From assembly GCA_017499595.2 (NCBI GenBank), contig CM039007.1, forward strand, positions 2,232,001 through 2,296,000: DNA of 64,000 bases. Direction: 5' to 3'. Positions 11,300 to 22,929 of this stretch are shown here, one piece after another. A model generated the notes under the pieces. It had not been told where the DNA came from and searched no databases. It saw only the letters and a list, made by a program, of their open reading frames with translations. Position 1 is the first letter of the stretch, and each line of letters opens with the position of its first letter. Made by a program: the position numbers and the translations under genes. Source of the DNA: Psilocybe cubensis (lineage: Eukaryota).

Positions 11300-11702
11300 T
11301 ATTGCAAATTGCGAAGGAACGCCTAAGCGGATGGATACGAGTGTTGGTAGTAATGTGTGGGGATGTGTAATGATGTGTGGAAACGAACTAGGCGTTACCC
11401 GGAGCTCGGGGTGCGATGCAAACGCAAGTTGAAAAGACGAAGTTAAACTAGCCTAATTTAAAAGGGTTACTTTTAACTAGAAATAACTCGGGGATTAGGC
11501 GACGGGGGCCCGCTCAACCGAGGTTAACAAGTCGCGTAAGGCGTGCTTGTTCAACCCTACTAGCAGCGGCAATGTATGGCCGGGCCTGGTAGAGGATAAA
11601 AAGCAAAAAGGACTAAAATGACCGTTTTGTGAAAACTATGCAGAAGGCAACTTGGTTCGCAAAATACGGAATTGGAGCGCTTAGAGCGCGGGGCCCATAA
11701 CC

Positions 11703-12081
11703 TGTTGAAGCAGGCGAGCTCGGGGCAGTGTGAGCTACTCGGCGACCTAGTTATAGAACGTAGGGGTGCAGGGATAAGCAAGCACGAAGCGTCTGAAGTC
11801 CGAAGTGAGTAACTGGGTGAATTGAGCAAAGTGCTAACAAACTAACCTGAAGTCCGAAGTGAGTAACTGGGGACTTCAGGATGTAAACTAGAGTGACTAT
11901 ATACTGTGTAGACTCAAGTACTCTGGTCTACCTAGGTCTACTCTGGCCCGGTCCAGACCAGTCTCTGGACTGATAAATATCATGTGTCTAGAATGGTCTG
12001 GAGAGCAAATGAAGATAAGAAGAAAGTAATCTAATCTGATAAGATAGCAAAGTGAGGGAGACATAGAAAGCAGTTTTAACA
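11703..12081 (-). repeat. Copia LTR 4
   Basis: Copy at +8850. Confidence 0.92.
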
Positions 12082-14249
12082 TCAGAGATAATGAACCTTT
12101 TGGTGACTGGGTTGTAAAACTCCCAGCCCTTGTACCCAGTAGGATACCCAACAAAGATACACTTCTCCATATGAGGCTGCAACGATTTGCGCTTATCTCC
12201 CTGAACATAAACATATGCAAGACAACCCCAAACCCTCAAATGACTAACATCAGGTTTGCGCTTGTTCCAGCTTTCATACGGAGTCTTGTCCGGTAGAGGA
12301 GCTGTAGGAACACGATTCCATACATGCATGTATGCTGCAACACAGCGACCCCAAAACGAAGGTGGTACACGAGCCTCATTGAGCATGGAAGTAACATGTT
12401 CTGCCATGGTGCGATTTGCACGCTCTGCAACTCCGTTCTGTTGTGGGCGATTTCGCGTTGTATGACGACGCTCAATGCCACACTGGTCAGTGAATTTGAT
12501 GAAAGCATTTGACATGTATTCACCAGCTTTGTCATCCTGCAGCGCTTTGATCTTAAAGCCTAATTTGTTCTCAGCCCATGCTTTGTACGTTTGAAACGCA
12601 CTGAATGCATCGCTTTTGCGCTTAAGAAGCACAGCAGCTCTACTCTTTGTATGGTCATCAATAAAGATTATCCAGTAGCGATAGCCTTCAGGAGTAGGGG
12701 GCGAGATAGGACCTTTCAGATCTGAGAAGATAAGCGCAAGCGGAACATCTGACATGCTTGGTGAAGAAGGAAATGGGTTGGAATGCATCTTGCCTGCAAG
12801 GCAAGGTTCACAAATGGGGTCAGGCTGTTGCTGTGAATTCAGCTTGAATCCGGTGACCATACCCTCTCTAATCATCTTCTGGATATCAGTGTAGCTATGA
12901 TGAGCAAAGCGACGATGCCAGAGACTGATATCAAGGGGTAGAGTGGAATTGGAGGAAATGAAGGCAGATTCCGAAATAGGAACTGTATAACCGTTCAATA
13001 AAGCGCAGTTTGATGTACTAACATCTGCAGAGAAGAGACAAGCTCCTTTGCGATGAAACTCCATCAGATTAGCATCAATGGTGATTTTGAAGCCTTTGTG
13101 CTTTGTGAGATATAGAACAGACAGTAGATTGTTTCGGAGATCTGGTACATGTAAAACTCTAGTTAACTCGACGCCTCTTGACTTTATTCCATTTACAACT
13201 GGTTCAAAGAACACAGTGCCCACCCCTGCAGAATAAATAACTCGTTCATCTGCTAATCGGATTGGAATGCGAAGGGGGGTGTAATTTCTAACCCAATTGC
13301 GATGGGGCGTCATATGAGAAGTCGCCCCTGTGTCTGCAATCCAATCGTCATTAGTTTGGGGTGAAATGGAAGAGGGAACATCGGTATTAAGAGCACTTGC
13401 ATTTCCAGCAAATTCCATGTCCTTGGACTCTTTTTCCTCACTGGATGCCTCTGAGGCCTTGTGCGCTCTATTGCCTTTGCGAGCCGCTTTGACACGCTCC
13501 TTCGCATCCTTTTGCGCAGCAATGAACTTGTGACACTTGTCCATTGCATGGTTGGTCATGTCACAAAATGCGCACTTGGGCTTGGATGCAGAAGGGGCTG
13601 GAGCGGTCTGGAACGCGGTGGCGAGTGCAGGCAACTCCGAAGCGCGGCGACGTCGCTGTATGTCCTCTGTGAAAAAGGCTTGATGAATTGTAGCCTTGTC
13701 CAACTTGTCCAAAAGGAGAAGTGAGGATGCAAATGAACTGTACTCTTCTGGGAGTGCCCTGACCAGAGCAAGCGAAGCAAGCTCTTCATCAAGCTTAGCC
13801 AGATCAAACCCCTTAGGGCGAAGCTGCTGAATTAGCAACATGGCTTGCTCAACTCTATTGATCAGGGTTTGAAGGTTTTCACCTTCCTCCTTTCGGATTG
13901 AGAACAGATCATCATATGCATTAAAGCGGTTGCCAGGGCGCTTTTGCTGATGTACAGCAGCGAGGGCATGCCACATCTTGATAGGATCATCCTTGATGGC
14001 TTCCACATGAACCCTCTGATCATTCTCCAAACTGAGATAGATCAAACCACATGCTTTGTCTCTGTGCTCAAAGTAGGTTTCAAGCAAAGCTTCCTCCTGA
14101 GCAGTAGGCTTGTCTGAGAGCGTTGGCTGTGCTCTAGCACCGCTGATAATGTGCCATATCCCTTTAGACTGGAGATAGGCGGTCATCTGGCCTGCCCAGG
14201 TGTTGTAGTTGGTTGAGTTCAATGGAGTGATTTGGGGATCAGAAGTCAT
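11988..14249 (-). CDS. Truncated copia Gag-PR-IN, 753 aa
   Basis: ORF track. Confidence 0.93.
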   Translation of the reverse strand: MTSDPQITPLNSTNYNTWAGQMTAYLQSKGIWHIISGARAQPTLSDKPTAQEEALLETYFEHRDKACGLIYLSLENDQRVHVEAIKDDPIKMWHALAAVHQQKRPGNRFNAYDDLFSIRKEEGENLQTLINRVEQAMLLIQQLRPKGFDLAKLDEELASLALVRALPEEYSSFASSLLLLDKLDKATIHQAFFTEDIQRRRRASELPALATAFQTAPAPSASKPKCAFCDMTNHAMDKCHKFIAAQKDAKERVKAARKGNRAHKASEASSEEKESKDMEFAGNASALNTDVPSSISPQTNDDWIADTGATSHMTPHRNWVRNYTPLRIPIRLADERVIYSAGVGTVFFEPVVNGIKSRGVELTRVLHVPDLRNNLLSVLYLTKHKGFKITIDANLMEFHRKGACLFSADVSTSNCALLNGYTVPISESAFISSNSTLPLDISLWHRRFAHHSYTDIQKMIREGMVTGFKLNSQQQPDPICEPCLAGKMHSNPFPSSPSMSDVPLALIFSDLKGPISPPTPEGYRYWIIFIDDHTKSRAAVLLKRKSDAFSAFQTYKAWAENKLGFKIKALQDDKAGEYMSNAFIKFTDQCGIERRHTTRNRPQQNGVAERANRTMAEHVTSMLNEARVPPSFWGRCVAAYMHVWNRVPTAPLPDKTPYESWNKRKPDVSHLRVWGCLAYVYVQGDKRKSLQPHMEKCIFVGYPTGYKGWEFYNPVTKRFIISDVKTAFYVSLTLLSYQIRLLSSYLHLLSRPF

Positions 14250-14652
14250 TATTGCGAATTGCGAAGGAACGCCTAAGCGGATGGATACGAGTGTTGGTAG
14301 TAATGTGTGGGGATGTGTAATGATGTGTGGAAACGAACTAGGCGTTACCCGGAGCTCGGGGTGCGATGCAAACGCAAGTTGAAAAGACGAAGTTAAACTA
14401 GCCTAATTTAAAAGGGTTACTTTTAACTAGAAATAACTCGGGGATTAGGCGACGGGGGCCCGCTCAACCGAGGTTAACAAGTCGCGTAAGGCGTGCTTGT
14501 TCAACCCTACTAGCAGCGGCAATGTATGGCCGGGCCTGGTAGAGGATAAAAAGCAAAAAGGACTAAAATGACCGTTTTGTGAAAACTATGCAGAAAGCAA
14601 CTTGGTTCGCAAAATACGGAATTGGAGCGCTTAGAGCGCGGGGCCCATAACC

Positions 14653-15031
14653 TGTTGAAGCAGGCGAGCTCGGGGCAGTGTGAGCTACTCGGCGACCTAG
14701 TTATAGAACGTAGGGGTGCAGGGATAAGCAAGCACGAAGCGTCTGAAGTCCGAAGTGAGTAACTGGGTGAATTGAGCAAAGTGCTAACAAACTAACCTGA
14801 AGTCCGAAGTGAGTAACTGGGGACTTCAGGATGTAAACTAGAGTGACTATATACTGTGTAGACTCAAGTACTCTGGTCTACCTAGGTCTACTCTGGCCCG
14901 GTCCAGACCAGTCTCTGGACTGATAAATATCATGTGTCTAGAATGGTCTGGAGAGCAAATGAAGATAAGAAGAAAGTAATCTAATCTGATAAGATAGCAA
15001 AGTGAGGGAGACATAGAAAGCAGTTTTAACA
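14653..15031 (-). repeat. Copia LTR 5
   Basis: Copy at +11800. Confidence 0.92.
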
Positions 15032-17199
15032 TCAGAGATAATGAACCTTTTGGTGACTGGGTTGTAAAACTCCCAGCCCTTGTACCCAGTAGGATACCCA
15101 ACAAAGATACACTTCTCCATATGAGGCTGCAACGATTTGCGCTTATCTCCCTGAACATAAACATATGCAAGACAACCCCAAACCCTCAAATGACTAACAT
15201 CAGGTTTGCGCTTGTTCCAGCTTTCATACGGAGTCTTGTCCGGTAGAGGAGCTGTAGGAACACGATTCCATACATGCATGTATGCTGCAACACAGCGACC
15301 CCAAAACGAAGGTGGTACACGAGCCTCATTGAGCATGGAAGTAACATGTTCTGCCATGGTGCGATTTGCACGCTCTGCAACTCCGTTCTGTTGTGGGCGA
15401 TTTCGCGTTGTATGACGACGCTCAATGCCACACTGGTCAGTGAATTTGATGAAAGCATTTGACATGTATTCACCAGCTTTGTCATCCTGCAGCGCTTTGA
15501 TCTTAAAGCCTAATTTGTTCTCAGCCCATGCTTTGTACGTTTGAAACGCACTGAATGCATCGCTTTTGCGCTTAAGAAGCACAGCAGCTCTACTCTTTGT
15601 ATGGTCATCAATAAAGGTTATCCAGTAGCGATAGCCTTCAGGAGTAGGGGGCGAGATAGGACCTTTCAGATCTGAGAAGATAAGCGCAAGCGGAACATCT
15701 GACATGCTTGGTGAAGAAGGAAATGGGTTGGAATGCATCTTGCCTGCAAGGCAAGGTTCACAAATGGGGTCAGGCTGTTGCTGTGAATTCAGCTTGAATC
15801 CGGTGACCATACCCTCTCTAATCATCTTCTGGATATCAGTGTAGCTATGATGAGCAAAGCGACGATGCCAGAGACTGATATCAAGGGGTAGAGTGGAATT
15901 GGAGGAAATGAAGGCAGATTCCGAAATAGGAACTGTATAACCGTTCAATAAAGCGCAGTTTGATGTACTAACATCTGCAGAGAAGAGACAAGCTCCTTTG
16001 CGATGAAACTCCATCAGATTAGCATCAATGGTGATTTTGAAGCCTTTGTGCTTTGTGAGATATAGAACAGACAGTAGATTGTTTCGGAGATCTGGTACAT
16101 GTAAAACTCTAGTTAACTCGACGCCTCTTGACTTTATTCCATTTACAACTGGTTCAAAGAACACAGTGCCCACCCCTGCAGAATAAATAACTCGTTCATC
16201 TGCTAATCGGATTGGAATGCGAAGGGGGGTGTAATTTCTAACCCAATTGCGATGGGGCGTCATATGAGAAGTCGCCCCTGTGTCTGCAATCCAATCGTCA
16301 TTAGTTTGGGGTGAAATGGAAGAGGGAACATCGGTATTAAGAGCACTTGCATTTCCAGCAAATTCCATGTCCTTGGACTCTTTTTCCTCACTGGATGCCT
16401 CTGAGGCCTTGTGCGCTCTATTGCCTTTGCGAGCCGCTTTGACACGCTCCTTCGCATCCTTTTGCGCAGCAATGAACTTGTGACACTTGTCCATTGCATG
16501 GTTGGTCATGTCACAAAATGCGCACTTGGGCTTGGATGCAGAAGGGGCTGGAGCGGTCTGGAACGCGGTGGCGAGTGCAGGCAACTCCGAAGCGCGGCGA
16601 CGTCGCTGTATGTCCTCTGTGAAAAAGGCTTGATGAATTGTAGCCTTGTCCAACTTGTCCAAAAGGAGAAGTGAGGATGCAAATGAACTGTACTCTTCTG
16701 GGAGTGCCCTGACCAGAGCAAGCGAAGCAAGCTCTTCATCAAGCTTAGCCAGATCAAACCCCTTAGGGCGAAGCTGCTGAATTAGCAACATGGCTTGCTC
16801 AACTCTATTGATCAGGGTTTGAAGGTTTTCACCTTCCTCCTTTCGGATTGAGAACAGATCATCATATGCATTAAAGCGGTTGCCAGGGCGCTTTTGCTGA
16901 TGTACAGCAGCGAGGGCATGCCACATCTTGATAGGATCATCCTTGATGGCTTCCACATGAACCCTCTGATCATTCTCCAAACTGAGATAGATCAAACCAC
17001 ATGCTTTGTCTCTGTGCTCAAAGTAGGTTTCAAGCAAAGCTTCCTCCTGAGCAGTAGGCTTGTCTGAGAGCGTTGGCTGTGCTCTAGCACCGCTGATAAT
17101 GTGCCATATCCCTTTAGACTGGAGATAGGCGGTCATCTGGCCTGCCCAGGTGTTGTAGTTGGTTGAGTTCAATGGAGTGATTTGGGGATCAGAAGTCAT
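14938..17199 (-). CDS. Truncated copia Gag-PR-IN, 753 aa
   Basis: ORF track. Confidence 0.93.
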   Translation of the reverse strand: MTSDPQITPLNSTNYNTWAGQMTAYLQSKGIWHIISGARAQPTLSDKPTAQEEALLETYFEHRDKACGLIYLSLENDQRVHVEAIKDDPIKMWHALAAVHQQKRPGNRFNAYDDLFSIRKEEGENLQTLINRVEQAMLLIQQLRPKGFDLAKLDEELASLALVRALPEEYSSFASSLLLLDKLDKATIHQAFFTEDIQRRRRASELPALATAFQTAPAPSASKPKCAFCDMTNHAMDKCHKFIAAQKDAKERVKAARKGNRAHKASEASSEEKESKDMEFAGNASALNTDVPSSISPQTNDDWIADTGATSHMTPHRNWVRNYTPLRIPIRLADERVIYSAGVGTVFFEPVVNGIKSRGVELTRVLHVPDLRNNLLSVLYLTKHKGFKITIDANLMEFHRKGACLFSADVSTSNCALLNGYTVPISESAFISSNSTLPLDISLWHRRFAHHSYTDIQKMIREGMVTGFKLNSQQQPDPICEPCLAGKMHSNPFPSSPSMSDVPLALIFSDLKGPISPPTPEGYRYWITFIDDHTKSRAAVLLKRKSDAFSAFQTYKAWAENKLGFKIKALQDDKAGEYMSNAFIKFTDQCGIERRHTTRNRPQQNGVAERANRTMAEHVTSMLNEARVPPSFWGRCVAAYMHVWNRVPTAPLPDKTPYESWNKRKPDVSHLRVWGCLAYVYVQGDKRKSLQPHMEKCIFVGYPTGYKGWEFYNPVTKRFIISDVKTAFYVSLTLLSYQIRLLSSYLHLLSRPF

Positions 17200-17602
17200 T
17201 ATTGCAAATTGCGAAGGAACGCCTAAGCGGATGGATACGAGTGTTGGTAGTAATGTGTGGGGATGTGTAATGATGTGTGGAAACGAACTAGGCGTTACCC
17301 GGAGCTCGGGGTGCGATGCAAACGCAAGTTGAAAAGACGAAGTTAAACTAGCCTAATTTAAAAGGGTTACTTTTAACTAGAAATAACTCGGGGATTAGGC
17401 GACGGGGGCCCGCTCAACCGAGGTTAACAAGTCGCGTAAGGCGTGCTTGTTCAACCCTACTAGCAGCGGCAATGTATGGCCGGGCCTGGTAGAGGATAAA
17501 AAGCAAAAAGGACTAAAATGACCGTTTTGTGAAAACTATGCAGAAAGCAACTTGGTTCGCAAAATACGGAATTGGAGCGCTTAGAGCGCGGGGCCCATAA
17601 CC

Positions 17603-17981
17603 TGTTGAAGCAGGCGAGCTCGGGGCAGTGTGAGCTACTCGGCGACCTAGTTATAGAACGTAGGGGTGCAGGGATAAGCAAGCACGAAGCGTCTGAAGTC
17701 CGAAGTGAGTAACTGGGTGAATTGAGCAAAGTGCTAACAAACTAACCTGAAGTCCGAAGTGAGTAACTGGGGACTTCAGGATGTAAACTAGAGTGACTAT
17801 ATACTGTGTAGACTCAAGTACTCTGGTCTACCTAGGTCTACTCTGGCCCGGTCCAGACCAGTCTCTGGACTGATAAATATCATGTGTCTAGAATGGTCTG
17901 GAGAGCAAATGAAGATAAGAAGAAAGTAATCTAATCTGATAAGATAGCAAAGTGAGGGAGACATAGAAAGCAGTTTTAACA
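17603..17981 (-). repeat. Copia LTR 6
   Basis: Copy at +14750. Confidence 0.92.
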
Positions 17982-20149
17982 TCAGAGATAATGAACCTTT
18001 TGGTGACTGGGTTGTAAAACTCCCAGCCCTTGTACCCAGTAGGATACCCAACAAAGATACACTTTTCCATATGAGGCTGCAACGATTTGCGCTTATCTCC
18101 CTGAACATAAACATATGCAAGACAACCCCAAACCCTCAAATGACTAACATCAGGTTTGCGCTTGTTCCAGCTTTCATACGGAGTCTTGTCCGGTAGAGGA
18201 GCTGTAGGAACACGATTCCATACATGCATGTATGCTGCAACACAGCGACCCCAAAACGAAGGTGGAACACGAGCCTCATTGAGCATGGAAGTAACATGTT
18301 CTGCCATGGTGCGATTTGCACGCTCTGCAACTCCGTTCTGTTGTGGGCGATTTCGCGTTGTATGACGACGCTCAATGCCACACTGGTCAGTGAATTTGAT
18401 GAAAGCATTTGACATGTATTCACCAGCTTTGTCATCCTGTAGCGCTTTGATCTTAAAGCCTAATTTGTTCTCAGCCCATGCTTTGTACGTTTGAAACGCA
18501 CTGAATGCATCGCTTTTGCGCTTAAGAAGCACAGCAGCTCTACTCTTTGTATGGTCATCAATAATGGTTATCCAGTAGCAATAGCCTTCAGGAGTAGGGG
18601 GCGAGATAGGACCTTTCAGATCTGAGAAGATAAGCGCAAGCGGAACATCTGACATGCTTGGTGAAGAAAGAAATGGGTTGGAATGCATCTTGCCTGCAAG
18701 GCAAGGTTCACAAATAGGGTCAGGCTGTTGCTGTGAATTCAGCTTGAGTCCGGTGACCATACCCTCTCTAATCATCTTCTGGATGTCAGTGTAGCTATGA
18801 TGAGCAAACCGACGATGCCAGAGACTGATATCAAGGGGTAGAGTGGAATTGGAGGAAATGAAGGCAGATTCCGAAATAGGAACTGTATAACCGTTCAATA
18901 AAGCGCAGTTTGATGTACTAACATCTGCAGAGAAGAGACAAGCTCCTTTGCAATAAAACTCCATCAGATTAGCATCAATGGTGATTTTGAAGCCTTTGTG
19001 CTTTGTGAGGTATAGAACAGACAGTAGATTGTTTCGGAGATCTGGTACATGTAAAACTCTAGTTAACTCGACGCCTCTTGACTTTATTCCATTTACAACT
19101 GGTTCAAAGAACACAGTGCCCACCCCTGCAGAATAAATAACTCGTTCATCTACTAATCGGATTGGAATGCGAAGGGGGGTGTAATTTCTAACCCAATTGC
19201 GATGGGGCGTCATATGAGAAGTCGCCCCTGTGTCTGCAATCCAATCGTCATTAGTTTGGGGTGAAATGGAAGAGGGAACATCGGTATTAAGAGCACTTGC
19301 ATTTCCAGCAAATTCCATGTCCTTGGACTCTTTTTCCTCACTGGATGCCTCTGAGGCCTTGTGCGCTCTATTGCCTTTGCGAGCCGCTTTGACACGCTCC
19401 TTCGCATCCTTTTGCGCAGCAATGAACTTGTGACACTTGTCCATTGCATGGTTGGTCATGTCACAAAATGCGCACTTGGGCTTGGATGCAGAAGGGGCTG
19501 GAGCGGTCTGGAACGCGGTGGCGAGTGCAGGCAACTCCGAAGCGCGGCGACGTCGCTGTATGTCCTCTGTGAAAAAGGCTTGATGAATTGTAGCCTTGTC
19601 CAACTTGTCCAAAAGGAGAAGTGAGGATGCAAATGAACTGTACTCTTCTGGGAGTGCCCTGACCAGAGCAAGCGAAGCAAGCTCTTCATCAAGCTTAGCC
19701 AGATCAAACCCCTTAGGGCGAAGCTGCTGAATTAGCAACATGGCTTGCTCAACTCTATTGATCAGGGTTTGAAGGTTTTCACCTTCCTCCTTTCGGATTG
19801 AGAACAGATCATCATATGCATTAAAGCGGTTGCCAGGGCGCTTTTGCTGATGTACAGCAGCGAGGGCATGCCACATCTTGATAGGATCATCCTTGATGGC
19901 TTCCACATGAACCCTCTGATCATTCTCCAAACTGAGATAGATCAAACCACATGCTTTGTCTCTGTGCTCAAAGTAGGTTTCAAGCAAAGCTTCCTCCTGA
20001 GCAGTAGGCTTGTCTGAGAGCGTTGGCTTTGCTCTAGCACCGCTGACAATGCGCCATATCCCTTTAGACTGGAGATAGGCGGACATCTGGCCTGCCCAAG
20101 TGTTGTAGTTGGTTGAGTTCAATGGAGTAATTTGGGGATCAGAAGTCAT
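17888..20149 (-). CDS. Truncated copia Gag-PR-IN, most diverged unit (753 aa from the ATG at 20149)
   Basis: ORF track 17888-20209 starts at a non-ATG codon; the homologous ATG (MTSDPQ) is at 20149. Confidence 0.9.
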   Translation of the reverse strand: MTSDPQITPLNSTNYNTWAGQMSAYLQSKGIWRIVSGARAKPTLSDKPTAQEEALLETYFEHRDKACGLIYLSLENDQRVHVEAIKDDPIKMWHALAAVHQQKRPGNRFNAYDDLFSIRKEEGENLQTLINRVEQAMLLIQQLRPKGFDLAKLDEELASLALVRALPEEYSSFASSLLLLDKLDKATIHQAFFTEDIQRRRRASELPALATAFQTAPAPSASKPKCAFCDMTNHAMDKCHKFIAAQKDAKERVKAARKGNRAHKASEASSEEKESKDMEFAGNASALNTDVPSSISPQTNDDWIADTGATSHMTPHRNWVRNYTPLRIPIRLVDERVIYSAGVGTVFFEPVVNGIKSRGVELTRVLHVPDLRNNLLSVLYLTKHKGFKITIDANLMEFYCKGACLFSADVSTSNCALLNGYTVPISESAFISSNSTLPLDISLWHRRFAHHSYTDIQKMIREGMVTGLKLNSQQQPDPICEPCLAGKMHSNPFLSSPSMSDVPLALIFSDLKGPISPPTPEGYCYWITIIDDHTKSRAAVLLKRKSDAFSAFQTYKAWAENKLGFKIKALQDDKAGEYMSNAFIKFTDQCGIERRHTTRNRPQQNGVAERANRTMAEHVTSMLNEARVPPSFWGRCVAAYMHVWNRVPTAPLPDKTPYESWNKRKPDVSHLRVWGCLAYVYVQGDKRKSLQPHMEKCIFVGYPTGYKGWEFYNPVTKRFIISDVKTAFYVSLTLLSYQIRLLSSYLHLLSRPF

Positions 20150-20383
20150 TATTGCAAATTGCGAAGGAACGCTCAGTGGATAGATACAAGTGTTGGTTAA
20201 TGTGTACAAATGAGTAATAATGTGTTAAAACAAACTAGGTGTTACCTGGAGCTCAGAATGCAATGTGAATGCAAGTTGAAAAGACAAAGTTAAACTAGGG
20301 TTACTTTTAACTAGAAATAATATGGGGATTAGGCGACGGGGGCCCGCTCAACCGAGGTTAACAAGTCGCGTAAGGCATGCTCG

Positions 20384-20761
20384 TGTTGAAGCAGGCAAGC
20401 TTGGGGCAGTGTGAGCTACTCGGCGACCTAGTTATAGAATGTAGGGCGCAGGGATAAGCGAGCACGAAGCATCTGAAGTCCGAAGTGAGTAACTGGGTGA
20501 ATTGAGCAAAGTGCTAACAAACTAACCTGAAGTCCGAAGTGAGTAACTGGGAACTTCAGGATGTAAACTAGAGTGACTATATACTATGTAGACTCAAGTA
20601 CTCTGGTCTACCTAGGTCTACTCTGGTCCGGTCCAGACCAGTCTATGGACTGATAAATATCATGTGTCTAGAATGGTCTGGAGAGCAAATGAAGATAAGA
20701 AGAAAGTAATCTAATCTGATAAGATAGCAAAGTGAGGAAGACATAGGGAGCAGTTTTAGCA
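20384..20761 (-). repeat. Copia LTR 7 (outer, more diverged); adjacent PBS and ~155 bp of leader deleted
   Basis: tgttgaagcagg...ttttagca joined directly to leader sequence ...taaggcatgctcg. Confidence 0.88.
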
Positions 20762-21239
20762 GTTCCTAAGCAGCCTGATGAATAATGGAAGGTTTTATAT
20801 GATCCTGAACCACCTGAAGCCAATGATTTTGGGAATTTGAAGAGATGGAGTTTGCTGGTATTGCTGGCACCCATTCATATATGTCAAATAAAAATGGATT
20901 AGATATACGTTATGTGTTTGATTGAATGCCTTTTATTGACATTTTTAGAGAAATATACTTTGGAAGTTCATTCTGAACTATATTTCTTGAAAAAAAGTCA
21001 ACAAAAACAACATGTTAATATACAAAATGTATATCTGATTTGTTTTTATTTGGCATATATCAATGGCCTCTAGCAGTATGGGCTTGTTTCAAGCATAGAT
21101 CAGTGCACATCTAAGCAGGCAATAAAAGTATCTGATGCATACATGTAACAAAAAGCTGCTAATACAGAATTTAATTGGTTGCAGTACAACCAAGCTTGGA
21201 AGTGAGTTGAGCTTCCTCAGAGTCAAAAGGCAATTGGCT

Positions 21240-21588
21240 GTGGTTGGGTTTTTAAAATCAGGCAAAATGCAGATGGCAGTATAGAGCACTACAAGGCTTG
21301 TATTATTGCCAAGGGCCATAGTCAGCGCCCTGGCATTGATTACCATGAGGTCTTTCGCTTCTACTGTCCGTCCTGCTACTTTTTGCTTGATTATGGCTCT
21401 GGCCCCTATTGGAGACTTGAAGTTGCGCTCTGTTGATATTACAGCTGCTTTTACTAAAGGTGGCCTAGACAAGGAGATTTACATGCTACAACCTGAAGAA
21501 TTTCACCAAGGTGGTCCTAACATGGTTTTAAAGCTTAAAAAGTCACTCTATAGTCTTAAGCAGTCTGCATGTAAATGGAACCTCAAGT
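21240..21588 (+). pseudogene. Decayed copia reverse-transcriptase fragment
   Basis: WVFKIRQNADGSIEHYKACIIAKGHSQRPGIDY, then after a frameshift VDITAAF...EIYMLQPEEF...KLKKSLYSLKQS. Confidence 0.85.
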
Positions 21589-21639
21589 TAACTAGGTCTC
21601 CAAATAGCTCACACTGCCCCAAGCTTGCCTACTTTAACA
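21589..21639 (+). repeat. 3' end fragment of the array-family LTR
   Basis: taactagg...agctcacactgccccaagcttgcctactttaaca matches the reverse complement of ~2853-2903. Confidence 0.7.
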
Positions 21640-22929
21640 CCAAGTCCCAAAGCCGGCAATCAAAAAGTTACATAACTGGTTGACTTGGGGATAATAGATG
21701 AGGATTAAACACACAATTTATAGAAAAGGACAACTAAATGACATAGATTACCACTACACCACCTGGCCAATACTACCCAGCAAGTTTGACAGGTAAAGTG
21801 CCTTACATGCATTTACTTGGTAAAACTAAAATTGTCGTTGGGCAAGTATTCAAACTGGCCTAATGAAAACTTAACAATGGTAATGCAAATGGAATATTGA
21901 TACAATGGCATCAAAATATGTCATACCAAATGATATTATTAACAATGTGTAATGACGCAAATGTAATCAAAAATGCAAATAAAGATTGATAACACAAAAT
22001 GCCACTGATATCAATGACAATGCCACTGACAAAGCAAAACCAACCAAAACCTTGAACCAAGTTTGTTAATAAGGTTGGACATAAATTGCCAAAATTCCTC
22101 ATCATAGGTACTCCTGAAGAGCTCCAGGAGAGAACCCTAGTCCTTTCAGAAGAGCCAGGGAGGGTGCAGGAGTGTTGAAGAGGGCAGAAAAAGGCACAAG
22201 TGAGTTTGGAAGGCCACCAAGGGTTGAAAAGGGTGCAGGAGGGCAGAGAGAGGCAAAAGTGGGTTAAAAAGGCCAAAGATGGTTGAGAAAAGTGCAGAAA
22301 GGCTAAAAAGGACGCAGGATGGCTAAGGAGGATACAAAATGGCTAGAAATAGATGCAAAAGGATGTAGGAGGGTGCAGACAGGATTGAAAAGGGCTAAAA
22401 AGGCTATGGAGAGTGCAGAGAGAATTGAGAAAGATGCAAGAAAGCCAGAGAGAGGCAGATGTGGGCTAGGAAGGCCAGAGAGGTGTAAAGGGTGCAGAGT
22501 GGGTTAAGGAGAATAAACAAACCAAAAGCTCGGACTTATAATATTGTTTGCCATCATTTGTCATTATATGCTATGCTAGGTATAAAAATTGAACCTCATC
22601 TTTCATGCACTTCCTTTCCTTTCAATTACTACCATCCACTACAAAAAATCTTTACTACCTTAGCTACCCCTTTTGCCCTTTTTTAGCACTTTCTGTACCT
22701 CAACTACCACCACAACATGACAGTGCTAGCATTCCTTGGAGCTATAGCTTTATTTCTTCTTCTCCTCATCACTATCATATTTCTCCTTATCTGCACAATT
22801 TTCTATGAAGTAGAATTGGTTTTCCTCCTTCTCTATTTTGCTCTGACCATCCCATATCATAGTAAATCTTTTGGCCAAACTCCTTTGTTGCACTCTGCCA
22901 TTGCCCATGGTTGTGATTTGGCATAGTCT

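Larger units (their letters stand above)
282..20761 (-). repeat. Tandem array of copia LTR+gag-PR-IN units, period 2950 bp (7 LTRs, 6 RT-less units plus one longer copy)
   Basis: ORF track and sequence recur every 2950 bp. The junction ttttaaca|tcagagata is repeated at 3231, 6181, 9131, 12081, 15031 and 17981. Confidence 0.97.

Noticed and set aside
436..19707. Many recurring 60-107-aa ORFs in the array
   Set aside because: Alternate-frame or antisense shadows of the copia ORF and LTR; they recur only because the DNA is repeated.
22140..22510. Purine-rich degenerate repeat with short ORFs
   Set aside because: Low complexity, no recognisable domain or boundaries.
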